Source: an uncultured Clostridia bacterium (GTDB lineage: Bacteria; Bacillota; Clostridia; Christensenellales; Borkfalkiaceae). From it: a stretch of DNA of 64,000 nt. Position 1 is the stretch's first letter; every line of letters begins with the position of its first letter. The position numbers and the translations under genes are program-made. The stretch lies in assembly GCA_947175485.1 (NCBI GenBank), contig CAMWMZ010000002.1, forward strand, positions 3,092-67,091. Reading direction: 5' to 3'. This document shows, piece after piece, positions 42,601 to 50,339 of this stretch. Below the pieces are notes generated by a model that was given only the letters and a program-made list of their open reading frames with translations, was not told the origin of the DNA and ran no database searches.

Positions 42601-45506
42601 TACAAGCTGTCTTCGGGGGGAAGGAACGCGTTGAGTGCAAGATTGAAGTGCAGATAAAGCGTGCTGTCCACATGGAAATTCATTCCGTTTTCAGTATCGA
42701 AGCTGAAAGGAAAATCTTTTTCGGCGCCGCCTTTATCGTATTCTAGAACGGCGTTGAAGCCGTACTTTTTATAGCCGTATTCCGCGTAGGCTTCTTCGTT
42801 GCATTCGAGCGTACCCTCCACTGATACGGAAAGCTTTTCGCCGATAACCGAATCGATAATCTGCCAGCCGTTTTCAAGCACGTTTATGAAAGCTTCTTTA
42901 TCCTCTTGCGGGAGAGCGGGAACGCTTTCTTGCTGTAATGAAATTTCCGCGGCGAGGTTGATACCGAAAAGAACGGTATTTGCTTTTACGCTTAATCCGC
43001 CGTCTAAATTCAAATCGAGATTTGCAACGATTACGCTGCCCGCAACGTTTATTTCCGTGCTCGAGGAAATATCTTTAAGACCGGTTGCGAGATTGTTTAT
43101 AAGGTCTGCGAGGGTACCGGAAACAACTCCGCCGCCCAAAAGCGACGCGATATCCGCCGAGCCGCTTTTTATATTTGCAAGACATACAAACGCTTTTACC
43201 GTGCCGACTTGCAAATAAAGATTTTGAGTTGCGTTTTCATAATATAATTTGATATCGCCGAAGTCCGCGCGCACTCCGTTGAGGCCGCCGTTAAAATCGA
43301 CGGTTACCTTTCCGCAAAGCTCCGCGCCGTCGAGTTTAAGCGTGACGCCGAGGGTTAAACCGTCTTTCAAAACGTCGGAATAACCGCTGAAATCGGGAAG
43401 CTCAACCGACTTGTTGCAAAGCGAAACGTTTGCGGTGATTTGCTGACCGAACGCGGTAACGTTTGCGTCTACCGCTATTCCGCCTGTAAGCTTTACGCCA
43501 AGCGCCGCGGTTATAGTCTGTTCAAAAAGCTCCAAGGTTGCAGAGGCGGAAACTTTGCCGTCTGCCGCGGAAAAACTGTTTATAATCTGAGAGATAACCG
43601 GATTTAAGCCCGTTATTTCGGAAAACGCGGAAGCGCCCGACTTGCCGAACGCGGAAAGCGCAAGCTTATATTTTACGTTTCCGTCGCTTAAATACAGCAT
43701 ATTAGCGGGGCAATCGAAATAAATTGTGAAATCCCCGAGAGTTGCATATACGCCGCCGAAAGCGCCGCCGTTCATTATAAGCTTTGCAAAGCCTTCAAGC
43801 GAAATATTGCCGAATTTTACTCCGAGCCCGAGAGTCAAGCCCTCTTGCATTATATCGGTATACCCCCACATATCATTGGGTTTAGAGGGTATATCGTCTT
43901 TTGTGCCGTAGCAAAGTTTAGCTTTTATAAGCTTTTCGCCGAGATGGATTTCCGCCTCCACATGGCCGAGCGAAATTCCGTTTTCGGTGTTAAATTCAAA
44001 GGTAAGATTAATCGTAAGCCCGAAAAGTTCAAGCTTTGTATCGAATATCGCGGTGTAGCCGTCGATTGTGAACGAGCCCTGTGTGAGCTGGTCTATAATC
44101 GCGTTTACGTCAAGCCCTGCGACAGAGCCCGAAGCATCGCCGGAAGAAGAAAGCAAACCGCCTATGGCGAGCTTGTATTTTGCATTACCGTCGGTTGCGT
44201 AAAGGTCCGCGTTTCCGTCTATGTATATACCGATATCACCGAGTTTTACGCGGACGTCGGTTAGCGAGCCGTTATCCAACCCTACGTGGACGGCGCCGCT
44301 TAAATCAAGCTTATCCAAAGACAAATCGACTTTAAACGTAGCGCCCTGTGTGAGCACGTCGCCGAAAGCCGCCGCCAGATAATTCAAAGGATTCGGAGCG
44401 GGAGGTTCTTCGTCGGTTACGTCGGAATTGCCTAAAGTATCTTTGAGCTTTTCGTATTCGCCCTTGAAATAATCGTCGTAAAAAGAGTTCTTAGCCTTTT
44501 CTTCTTCATAAAAATAAGTTACGTCCGTATTCGAGGTACAGTGAACGGATATTCCCATTTTAGCCGAATACGAGTCGGAAATAGAAAATGCAAGAATGCG
44601 CCAGTCTTTATCGAACGTGTAAACTACGGTAGTCTGTTCGATTACGGGGTGGGAATCAAGCCCGCCCGTGACGAGCATCTGTTGTTTATAATAGTAATCG
44701 GCAGACGTTTCGTCTACCCCGGTATTTACGTTGAGGGTGAGCGACATCGTGAAGTTGCCGTCTGCATTGACGGAGACCGAATAATCAAAAGCGTTGGCTA
44801 TCGTTTTTTCATTTAAAACGTAAACCGAAAATTCCGAAGGAGGAAAGCCGCGCTTCTTTTTAAACTGCGGAACGGTAAGCCCCTGCGCGTTTTTGGTTGA
44901 CCAGGGAGTATTCATGCCGTCGAAATTTTTGCTTGCGCAAGGCCTCCACATAACAACGCCGTCCGCTACGCAAAACTGGGTGGCTTCCGAAGAAACGCCC
45001 TGCGCGATATCGGCTGAAATTAAAACCCCGTTGTAATACTGTTTGTAGGTGTGTACGTTCTGCGGCATAACCGTATTGACTGCGGAGTGCATTTCCGACG
45101 ACCAGAAAGGCTGGTTTTGCAAAACGTAATTGAGGTAACCGACGTTTTCCACCAAAGTGTGTTCGGTGGGAAGAGTTCCGTCTTTGGGAGCTTCGTAGCA
45201 AACGGTTGAAAATTCCGTATCGGGCAAATCGGCTACGGGCGATTTGGTAAAAAAGCCCACACCGACAGCCGCTATACCCGCAACGAACACGGCAGAAAGC
45301 GCCAATGCGGCTTTACGCATACGGCGCACGTGTTTGAGTGCGAGAGGTTTACGGCGCTTGACGCGGGATTCCCCTTCGAGATTATTAACTTTATCATGCA
45401 GACCCGCGCGGCGGTTCACTCCCTTTACGCGCTTACTCTGCTTAAAGCCCGCGGTCTTAACTTCTTTGAGTTCAAGCCCTTCGGGATTGGTTTTTCTTTT
45501 TACCAT
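39648..45506 (-). CDS. Giant (1,952 aa) N-terminally membrane-anchored repeat protein, family unknown
   Basis: Single uninterrupted ORF. It has a basic N-terminal tail (KRKTNPEG...RRMRK), one TM helix ([21 protein letters not shown], aa about 66-86), three tandem units of about 160 aa, and Listeria-Bacteroides-type repeats (PAVPEKQGYEGEW) in the C-terminal quarter. It has its own promoter and terminator. Confidence 0.85.
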   Translation of the reverse strand: MVKRKTNPEGLELKEVKTAGFKQSKRVKGVNRRAGLHDKVNNLEGESRVKRRKPLALKHVRRMRKAALALSAVFVAGIAAVGVGFFTKSPVADLPDTEFSTVCYEAPKDGTLPTEHTLVENVGYLNYVLQNQPFWSSEMHSAVNTVMPQNVHTYKQYYNGVLISADIAQGVSSEATQFCVADGVVMWRPCASKNFDGMNTPWSTKNAQGLTVPQFKKKRGFPPSEFSVYVLNEKTIANAFDYSVSVNADGNFTMSLTLNVNTGVDETSADYYYKQQMLVTGGLDSHPVIEQTTVVYTFDKDWRILAFSISDSYSAKMGISVHCTSNTDVTYFYEEEKAKNSFYDDYFKGEYEKLKDTLGNSDVTDEEPPAPNPLNYLAAAFGDVLTQGATFKVDLSLDKLDLSGAVHVGLDNGSLTDVRVKLGDIGIYIDGNADLYATDGNAKYKLAIGGLLSSSGDASGSVAGLDVNAIIDQLTQGSFTIDGYTAIFDTKLELFGLTINLTFEFNTENGISLGHVEAEIHLGEKLIKAKLCYGTKDDIPSKPNDMWGYTDIMQEGLTLGLGVKFGNISLEGFAKLIMNGGAFGGVYATLGDFTIYFDCPANMLYLSDGNVKYKLALSAFGKSGASAFSEITGLNPVISQIINSFSAADGKVSASATLELFEQTITAALGVKLTGGIAVDANVTAFGQQITANVSLCNKSVELPDFSGYSDVLKDGLTLGVTLKLDGAELCGKVTVDFNGGLNGVRADFGDIKLYYENATQNLYLQVGTVKAFVCLANIKSGSADIASLLGGGVVSGTLADLINNLATGLKDISSSTEINVAGSVIVANLDLNLDGGLSVKANTVLFGINLAAEISLQQESVPALPQEDKEAFINVLENGWQIIDSVIGEKLSVSVEGTLECNEEAYAEYGYKKYGFNAVLEYDKGGAEKDFPFSFDTENGMNFHVDSTLYLHFNLALNAFLPPEDSLYLDLYLLDANPETDANGLTFGQYSADGGLDVYLSVSKYNPATDSRHNPLKIYAPADEIFSLVSMVCAMANIDEIEFKDNAELNAAVAQISNAVNELLINKYIPNTKDQFSSLGESLIPQILGKNLNDFLAELMANLGNVKEEAENKNLSLNSEYIKSITYSDNSLSLVLNSSEIYGTDVEEEENITVELNRTYINNVAYISDIQLKNVYSGDNNVNKLGLSAAFRYDAIEKPQSFTGYVNADGLDTLLKAVVNSATHETPDKDTAYELNSEYVLTGSLNVNLSVLGLAKVDLPLKINSLAVYIDELTNDVAADLHLSYPGKEATIIGFIPMAAVNGTSDVYMSIRNNTVCIKRIQTTDSKNKPITPVTLYREMPLEEFTADIMNQIGFILNLSSTIADNLGKVDTSGSNGNGVSFEGKDFGAALNYVLHSYTVTERDNGADWNININGGLLKDLAAMETDKIPLTFGAYKNSDGTYTVNGLSIAQTSIKIPLIGGSGVTIVLSGDFTYCNPHEKFNKDENGNYYKNTAINLTALSATVNSAFNYDGTFSLAESVYSKTLTDKYGAKLYLPLNVLYTENGQLYTLEGYCLGANSGYYSFAETYTDENGIKYGVVEITDNSLELTADWKKLYSITYKFEDGSEETRNYYENEKLTLANMPAVPEKQGYEGEWLGAEGTSVTQNKTYYLRYGAVKYMVMLSGGQPINETSAEGYYRFENSGNSVSFFAEFGTAVKLPELTSKLYNVYGVYDNPEFNGEPLTEIIIGGAQTYYIKWIGKTFNVAYESDLPFDNSALDTVMRYGDESDYLGEASSEGKAFLGWFIKNGENYKYISDANALKNFLADFEFTENVTAVLSAVWYNVEVTGEITYNSYKYKNLFSKEWVINGYVNSPFSGKSLEIANACSDLSVNVQLQYGISKNGEAMSNNLNNNKWENAYADGSFEKTVSSTHGDDKGSYSGGNVKINISLNGGKNVTLSGSLWKQYVKI
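42909..44342 (-). repeat. Three tandem, diverged repeats of about 160 aa inside the giant protein (aa about 389-866)
   Basis: Unit starts: ATFKVDLSLDKLDLSGAVHV... / GLTLGLGVKFGNISLEGFAKL... / GLTLGVTLKLDGAELCGKVTV... Each contains ...G(V).(A/V).LGD(I/F)..(I/L)Y(I/F/Y)......LY(A/L)..G..KY(K)LA... followed by a G/S/A-rich linker and a second beta-like half. Borders are approximate. Confidence 0.6.
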
Positions 45507-45556
45507 TAATATATACCAAGCAAAAATTTTGCCCTTTAATCGGATTATATGTGATT

Positions 45557-45585
45557 AGTGTATAGCTTTTATGACAAAATGTCAA
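45557..45585 (-). promoter_or_regulatory. Promoter of the giant gene with an operator-like palindrome over the -35
   Basis: Reverse strand: TTGACA (45585-45580), 17-nt spacer, TACACT (45562-45557). The palindrome TGACA-AAA-TGTCA (45572-45584) overlaps the -35 and spacer. Confidence 0.5.
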
Positions 45586-45756
45586 GTTTGTAACGTAAAA
45601 ATATGATAATAATTTGTCGAAAACCGCTATTTTTTACTTTTTTTATTGAAAATTTACATTTTAAAGCAATTTTTTAGCCAATTTATGTAATACTTTTATA
45701 TGACAAGTTATAAAATTTGTCATATCAGATTTTTGCGGCTGCGTTTTCGCCCGTGC

Positions 45757-45785
45757 TTGACAACTGCGTGCGGTTGATATATAAT
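45757..45785 (+). promoter_or_regulatory. Consensus promoter of the Wzy_C-family gene
   Basis: TTGACA (45757-45762), 17-nt spacer, TATAAT (45780-45785). Confidence 0.7.
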
Positions 45786-45817
45786 GATGTAAGTAAATGC
45801 GGAACAGAACGGAAGTT

Positions 45818-47206
45818 ATGAGAGATAGGCTGACCACAATTAAAGAAAGCCCGCTGCTTGGCACGGTCAAAGACTTGCTGAGCTGGCGGTTTTTTCCGTT
45901 TATAACGGCGGCGGTAATTCTTGCGGATTTTTACCTCGGCTGGGATTTGGTTTCCTTTTATTTTGTGAGCATTATTGGCATAGCGATGCTTTTGCTTTTG
46001 GAGGATTTATCGCCTATGCTGCCGCTGTTTCTGCTTATGAACGTTATGATTTCCGTGGAGAATTCGCCCTCCCCCCTTGCGGGCGGTTCGGATTTTTATT
46101 TCAAAACGGAAGTTCTTACGCAGATTGCGGCTTTGGTTGCGCTTTTTGTTGCCGCCGCGCTTTTAAGACTTTACTTTACGGTGAAGAGCGGCAAATTTAA
46201 AATAACGCCGACGTTTTGGGGGCTGTGTTTGTTTTCGGCTGCGTTTCTTTTTAACGGAATATTTTCTTCCGGATACGACGCGATGAATCTTTTATACGGC
46301 GTTTTGATGGCGTTTTTCTTCCTTGTGATTTTTGCCGTTTTGAAAGATAACGTAGTTATTAACAGAAACACCGTAACCTCGATTGCATTCGGGTTTATGG
46401 CGTTAGCCTGTTTACTGACAGTTGAGCTTATAACCACTTACATTATGCGCGAAGCCGTTGTGGAAGGAATTATTTACAGAAACCGCCTGTTTTTCGGTTG
46501 GGGAACTTATAATTACTTCGGCATGCTTGCGCTTATTTGTTTGCCCTCTGCATTTTACCTTGCGGGCAAATATAAATACGGATATCTGTTCTTTTTTGCT
46601 GCGATAGAGATTACTGCGGTTGCGGTTATGTCTATGAGCAGGCAGGCGATTTTGGGTATTTTCCTTATTTTCCCCGCGTGCCTTGTGTTTTTGCTTATGA
46701 AAGGCAAAAACAAACTGATAAACGGTATTATTGCGGGCGCGGTTGCGCTTGCGCTTATTATTTGCGCGATTATCTGGAGCGAGGAAACGGTTGTGCTTTT
46801 CAGCGACCTTTTCAAAAGTCTGGAAACAGGCAGCGGAAGAATCAGCCTTTGGAAACAGGCATGGACTGCGTTCAAAAGCGCGCCTTTGTTCGGAACGGGA
46901 TTTTTTGTTGAACTTGCCGAAGATTACGGCGCGGCAGGCATTAATCTTATACCCGACATGTATCACAACACAATATTCCAGCTTTTGGGCTCGTGCGGGA
47001 TTATCGGGCTTGCGTCTTATATTTTCCACCGTGTGCAGACAGTGATTTCGTTCTTTAAAAATCCTACCGTTGAGCGGGTATATCTTGCGGTTACGATAAT
47101 CGCAATGCTTGTTTTAAACCTTTTGGACAACCACTTGTTTTACATGTTGCCAACGCTTGTTTACAGTGCGTTGCTTTCCGCTTATATCAAAGCCGAAGAA
47201 AAATAA
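45818..47206 (+). CDS. O-antigen ligase / O-antigen polymerase family (Wzy_C) polytopic membrane protein
   Basis: About 10-12 TM helices. The large outward loop GSGRISLWKQAWTAFKSAPLFGTGFF...YHNTIFQLLGSCGIIGL fits the Wzy_C pattern (G.GR...W......P..G.G...HN...Q...e.G..G). I prefer ATG 45818 because ATG 45797 lies only 11 nt after the -10. Confidence 0.75.
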   Translation: MRDRLTTIKESPLLGTVKDLLSWRFFPFITAAVILADFYLGWDLVSFYFVSIIGIAMLLLLEDLSPMLPLFLLMNVMISVENSPSPLAGGSDFYFKTEVLTQIAALVALFVAAALLRLYFTVKSGKFKITPTFWGLCLFSAAFLFNGIFSSGYDAMNLLYGVLMAFFFLVIFAVLKDNVVINRNTVTSIAFGFMALACLLTVELITTYIMREAVVEGIIYRNRLFFGWGTYNYFGMLALICLPSAFYLAGKYKYGYLFFFAAIEITAVAVMSMSRQAILGIFLIFPACLVFLLMKGKNKLINGIIAGAVALALIICAIIWSEETVVLFSDLFKSLETGSGRISLWKQAWTAFKSAPLFGTGFFVELAEDYGAAGINLIPDMYHNTIFQLLGSCGIIGLASYIFHRVQTVISFFKNPTVERVYLAVTIIAMLVLNLLDNHLFYMLPTLVYSALLSAYIKAEEK

Positions 47207-47295
47207 AACATTACAAAAGCGGCGCGCCTTTCAAGGCGCACTTCTCATAGGGAATTAAAAAACTAAATTTTTAAGAGTTGCACTTTCAAGCGATG

Positions 47296-47336
47296 AGAAA
47301 AACACTCTCGGACAAATCTCCGAGAGTGTTTTTCTA
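47296..47336. terminator. Bidirectional intrinsic terminator
   Basis: AACACTCTCGG (47301-47311) - ACAAATCT - CCGAGAGTGTT (47320-47330), flanked by AAAA and TTTT. Confidence 0.8.
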
Positions 47337-47382
47337 TACATGATTTTGCCGACAAAGTAAGCTAATTGAAATTCATCTTATA

Positions 47383-47771
47383 TTAACCTACAAAATTATA
47401 AATCTTATTTTGTAGGCTCTCAATAAACATTGAAACGTGATAGCCGCCGCAAACTGCGTGGTGAACTTTTATAGACAACGGCAACAATCTTTTCCTGTCT
47501 TGCTCAAAATATTTACCCATCGTAAATTTCGGCAAAAAGTGTTTTTCGCAATTAAAAGCGTTGATATTAAAAGAACTGAAAGTTTCCCACGGTATCATTG
47601 AAACATCAAACGTATTTTTAGGTCTATTCTTTTTCGGAGCAAACTCTAATGAGTTTTCATATCGGTTAACATCGGCATTTAGTTTTCAAAAAACACACCG
47701 TAATCTTCTGAGTATTCGCTGTAAATCATGCTGAAATTCTTTTTGTTAAAAATCGTATAGGCAGGCAACAT
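47383..47771 (-). pseudogene. cat: Type-A chloramphenicol O-acetyltransferase remnant (5'-truncated and frameshifted)
   Basis: ORF 47383..47598 gives MIPWETFSSFNINAF...FLPKFTMGKYFEQDRKRLLPLSIKVHHAVCGGYHVSMFIESLQ, the CAT C-terminus including the catalytic-His context (V)HHAVCDG(Y/F)H. The same frame stays open upstream as NADVNRYENSLEFAPKKNRPKNTFDVS. A different frame (47771-47679) reads MLPAYTIFNKKNFSMIYSEYSEDYGVFFEN-stop, matching the CAT mid-region (HP.YT(I/V)F....FS..(W/Y)(S/T)EY..D(F/Y)..F). The roughly 90 N-terminal residues are absent. Confidence 0.8.
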
Positions 47772-47960
47772 ATTTTAATTTTTAATTTGAAAAACACGAT
47801 TTAGTGTGTTAAAATTATTTTAGTTAATATAAGCTGTAAAACTTATTTTAGTTTGTTCCCCACTGCAAATTACTTTTAATTTGCAAGAAATTGCGTTACA
47901 AAATTTTATTTTTAAAAAATTGTCTCTTTTGCGGCGACACAAACGTTTTATAAGTAGAAT

Positions 47961-48431
47961 ATGAAAAACTTTCCGGATAAAAATTTAATTATAAACGCGG
48001 TAAATAAGTTTTCCGACACAGTATTCTGCATAGCGTTTCAATACACTAAAAATCGCTCGGATGCAGAGGACGTTTTGCAGGAAGTCTTTTTAAAACTGCT
48101 TAAAACGCCGCCTGCAACGAAAAACGACAGCAAGCTTAAAGCTTGGCTTATTCGCGTAACTATAAACAAGTGTAAGGATTTTTTACGCGCCAACAAAAGG
48201 CGGCGCGTAGCGCTGCAAACCTATAATTATCCCAAACTGCCCGACTTTTTCAACGAGGTATTGCAATCGCTTGACAATCTTCCCGAACGCGACCGCAACG
48301 CCCTGTACCTGCACTACTACGAGGGATATACCGCAAGAGAGATTGCTGAAATTTTGGGTGACAACGAGCGCGCCGTAACAAAGCGCATATGCCGTGCGCG
48401 CGAAAAATTAAAAGCAATTTTGGAGGAATAA
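47961..48431 (+). CDS. ECF-type RNA polymerase sigma-70 family factor
   Basis: 156 aa with region 2 (AEDVLQEVFLKLL...WLIRVTINKCKDFLR) and region 4 (LPERDRNALYLHYYEGYTAREIAEILGDNERAVTKRICRAREKLK). Confidence 0.85.
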   Translation: MKNFPDKNLIINAVNKFSDTVFCIAFQYTKNRSDAEDVLQEVFLKLLKTPPATKNDSKLKAWLIRVTINKCKDFLRANKRRRVALQTYNYPKLPDFFNEVLQSLDNLPERDRNALYLHYYEGYTAREIAEILGDNERAVTKRICRAREKLKAILEE

Positions 48432-48435
48432 ATAT

Positions 48436-50265
48436 ATGAGTTCAAAGTATAAAGATATGTTCGACTTGTTGAAATCCGACGAAAACACAAAACGCGAACG
48501 TGCCGAAAAAATACTGAGTATGCAGGATGCGGACAACAGCGAAATCACCGTACAGACGGGCACGAGTAGCGCGGCAAAGGTATGCCGCAACTTTTTTGCA
48601 GGTAAACGCGGAATAGCTATTTTGACTGCAATTTTTATATTTGTCGCTACCGCAATTTCAATTCCTACAATAATCGGCTTAAACAGCGGCGGACTTCTTA
48701 AAGCGGTGTCGAAGCTCAAAGACACCTACATCGACATGGACGGAGTAGCGGCATTCGGCGTATGGAACGCGCCCGACTCTTCGTCTAAAACCGCCCGTAT
48801 TTCCAACGTGTCATACGTCAACGCCCCGTACGCTTCAGAAAAAAATATACAAACCGCGCTTGTTCCTCTCCCCGAGAACAACGGAACATCGATTGAAGAT
48901 TCGAGCGACGACGAGAAGTATGATTGGGAGTCGGATTATGATTGGGACCCCACTAAATCCAACGTGCTTATATCTATCGGTAGCGACGGCAACATAAGCG
49001 AGGTGGTTTACGAGCGAACCAACGGACGGGGACAGGTAAGGCAAGATATTTTGGGCAACGCGGCTATGGTATATGTATCCAACGGCTTTACCTTTGTTAT
49101 GTACGTCGACGACGCCGAGTGGCAATATTGGAAACAGTATAATTTTGCGCAGGAAATGCACACTCCAAACGGTTTTCATTGTCACCACGAGCGCATGCAA
49201 ACCGTGGTAATTCACAATCAAACGGGCAAAGTTTTTGCGCTTAAAGATATAATTCCGCAGGTAAACGAGCTGTCCGGAGCAACCAACTATACAATGCAAG
49301 TTCACCCTTTTAAAGACGATTTTATATATGTTCAGCCTATGTACGGCAACCTTATTCCGCAGTGGTATAACATTATATACGACGAACAGCTTGAAAAGAT
49401 AAGATACGAGCTTATACTCCCTCCCGATTCGGACGCGGTAAAAAGCTACTCTCTCGGATATAACGTGCGAGCGGTGCGCCGCGACAAGTACGGTCAACAG
49501 TATCTGCTTGAAGGGTGCGGATACGAGGGCATACAGTACGAAGCTCCGAGAATATCCGCCGGCATAGTCAATATTCCCCCTTTAAAGCGTTACGGAAATG
49601 CAATTACGCTTTCCGTAACCAACGGAGTAATGCTCGGAAACGACGGCAGAATGTATGCGTTTGACAATAATCAACTCAAAGTTTTCGGCAAAAACTTTGA
49701 GCTTAGCCCCGTTGAACCCGATACGGAAGTTAATTTCGAGGGCATTGCAGACGACTTTGAAGGTAGATGGGGCGGCGTAAACGACGGAATTATATATAGC
49801 CTTAAAGACGGCTATCTCTACTCGATGTTCGGAGAGGTATGGAAAGTAACCGACGGCGGATATCTGCAAGAATATGGCGATATTCAAGGCAGTTTCCCCC
49901 GCTTTTCCGACGACGCATACTTGCTCGGCGGAGAGATAATAGCTTTTGTCAACACTACGCTTACAGAGGACGGCAGAGCGTCAAAAAACGGTGAAATGGT
50001 GCGCATAACGTTTAACAGCTTAAACGGAGAGCCCAATGCAACCTTTACACATATCATTGACGCAAGCGAGATAAGCGTAAGAAACAAACGTATGGTTATC
50101 GAACAAAACGAACGCCCTTTGACCTACGAGCGCGGATATTCAAAGTATTTTCTTGTTACCGTTCGCGACGGTACGCCCAACGTCGAATATTTCGCAAACG
50201 GCTATAACGGCGGTATAACAAACTTAATTAAGCCCATAACAGAGCCTTTGGATTTGACCGATTAA
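48436..50265 (+). CDS. Putative anti-sigma / signalling partner: short cytoplasmic N-terminus, one TM, about 520-aa extracytoplasmic domain of unknown family
   Basis: 609 aa, starting 4 nt after the sigma stop. The TM is GIAILTAIFIFVATAISIPTIIG. The N-terminal 55 aa show no HxxxCxxC zinc anti-sigma motif. The assignment rests on position only. Confidence 0.5.
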   Translation: MSSKYKDMFDLLKSDENTKRERAEKILSMQDADNSEITVQTGTSSAAKVCRNFFAGKRGIAILTAIFIFVATAISIPTIIGLNSGGLLKAVSKLKDTYIDMDGVAAFGVWNAPDSSSKTARISNVSYVNAPYASEKNIQTALVPLPENNGTSIEDSSDDEKYDWESDYDWDPTKSNVLISIGSDGNISEVVYERTNGRGQVRQDILGNAAMVYVSNGFTFVMYVDDAEWQYWKQYNFAQEMHTPNGFHCHHERMQTVVIHNQTGKVFALKDIIPQVNELSGATNYTMQVHPFKDDFIYVQPMYGNLIPQWYNIIYDEQLEKIRYELILPPDSDAVKSYSLGYNVRAVRRDKYGQQYLLEGCGYEGIQYEAPRISAGIVNIPPLKRYGNAITLSVTNGVMLGNDGRMYAFDNNQLKVFGKNFELSPVEPDTEVNFEGIADDFEGRWGGVNDGIIYSLKDGYLYSMFGEVWKVTDGGYLQEYGDIQGSFPRFSDDAYLLGGEIIAFVNTTLTEDGRASKNGEMVRITFNSLNGEPNATFTHIIDASEISVRNKRMVIEQNERPLTYERGYSKYFLVTVRDGTPNVEYFANGYNGGITNLIKPITEPLDLTD

Positions 50266-50339
50266 TTAAAATAAAAAAACAAGCGGTTGACTAAAGGCGC
50301 GCCGCTTTTTACGTTATTTAAGCCATATTTTGGGGGCAA

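Noticed and set aside
45571-45724. Invertible-promoter (inverton) interpretation of TATGACAAA ... TTTGTCATA flanking about 137 bp upstream of the giant gene
   Set aside because: The inverted repeats are only about 9 bp, no recombinase gene is nearby, and the same word also occurs as close-spaced palindromes. That pattern fits operator sites better.
47864-47885. 9-bp perfect palindrome TGCAAATTA-CTTT-TAATTTGCA upstream of the ECF sigma gene
   Set aside because: It has no T-run, so it is not a convincing terminator. It is AT-rich and isolated, with no second copy in the window. I cannot distinguish an operator from chance.
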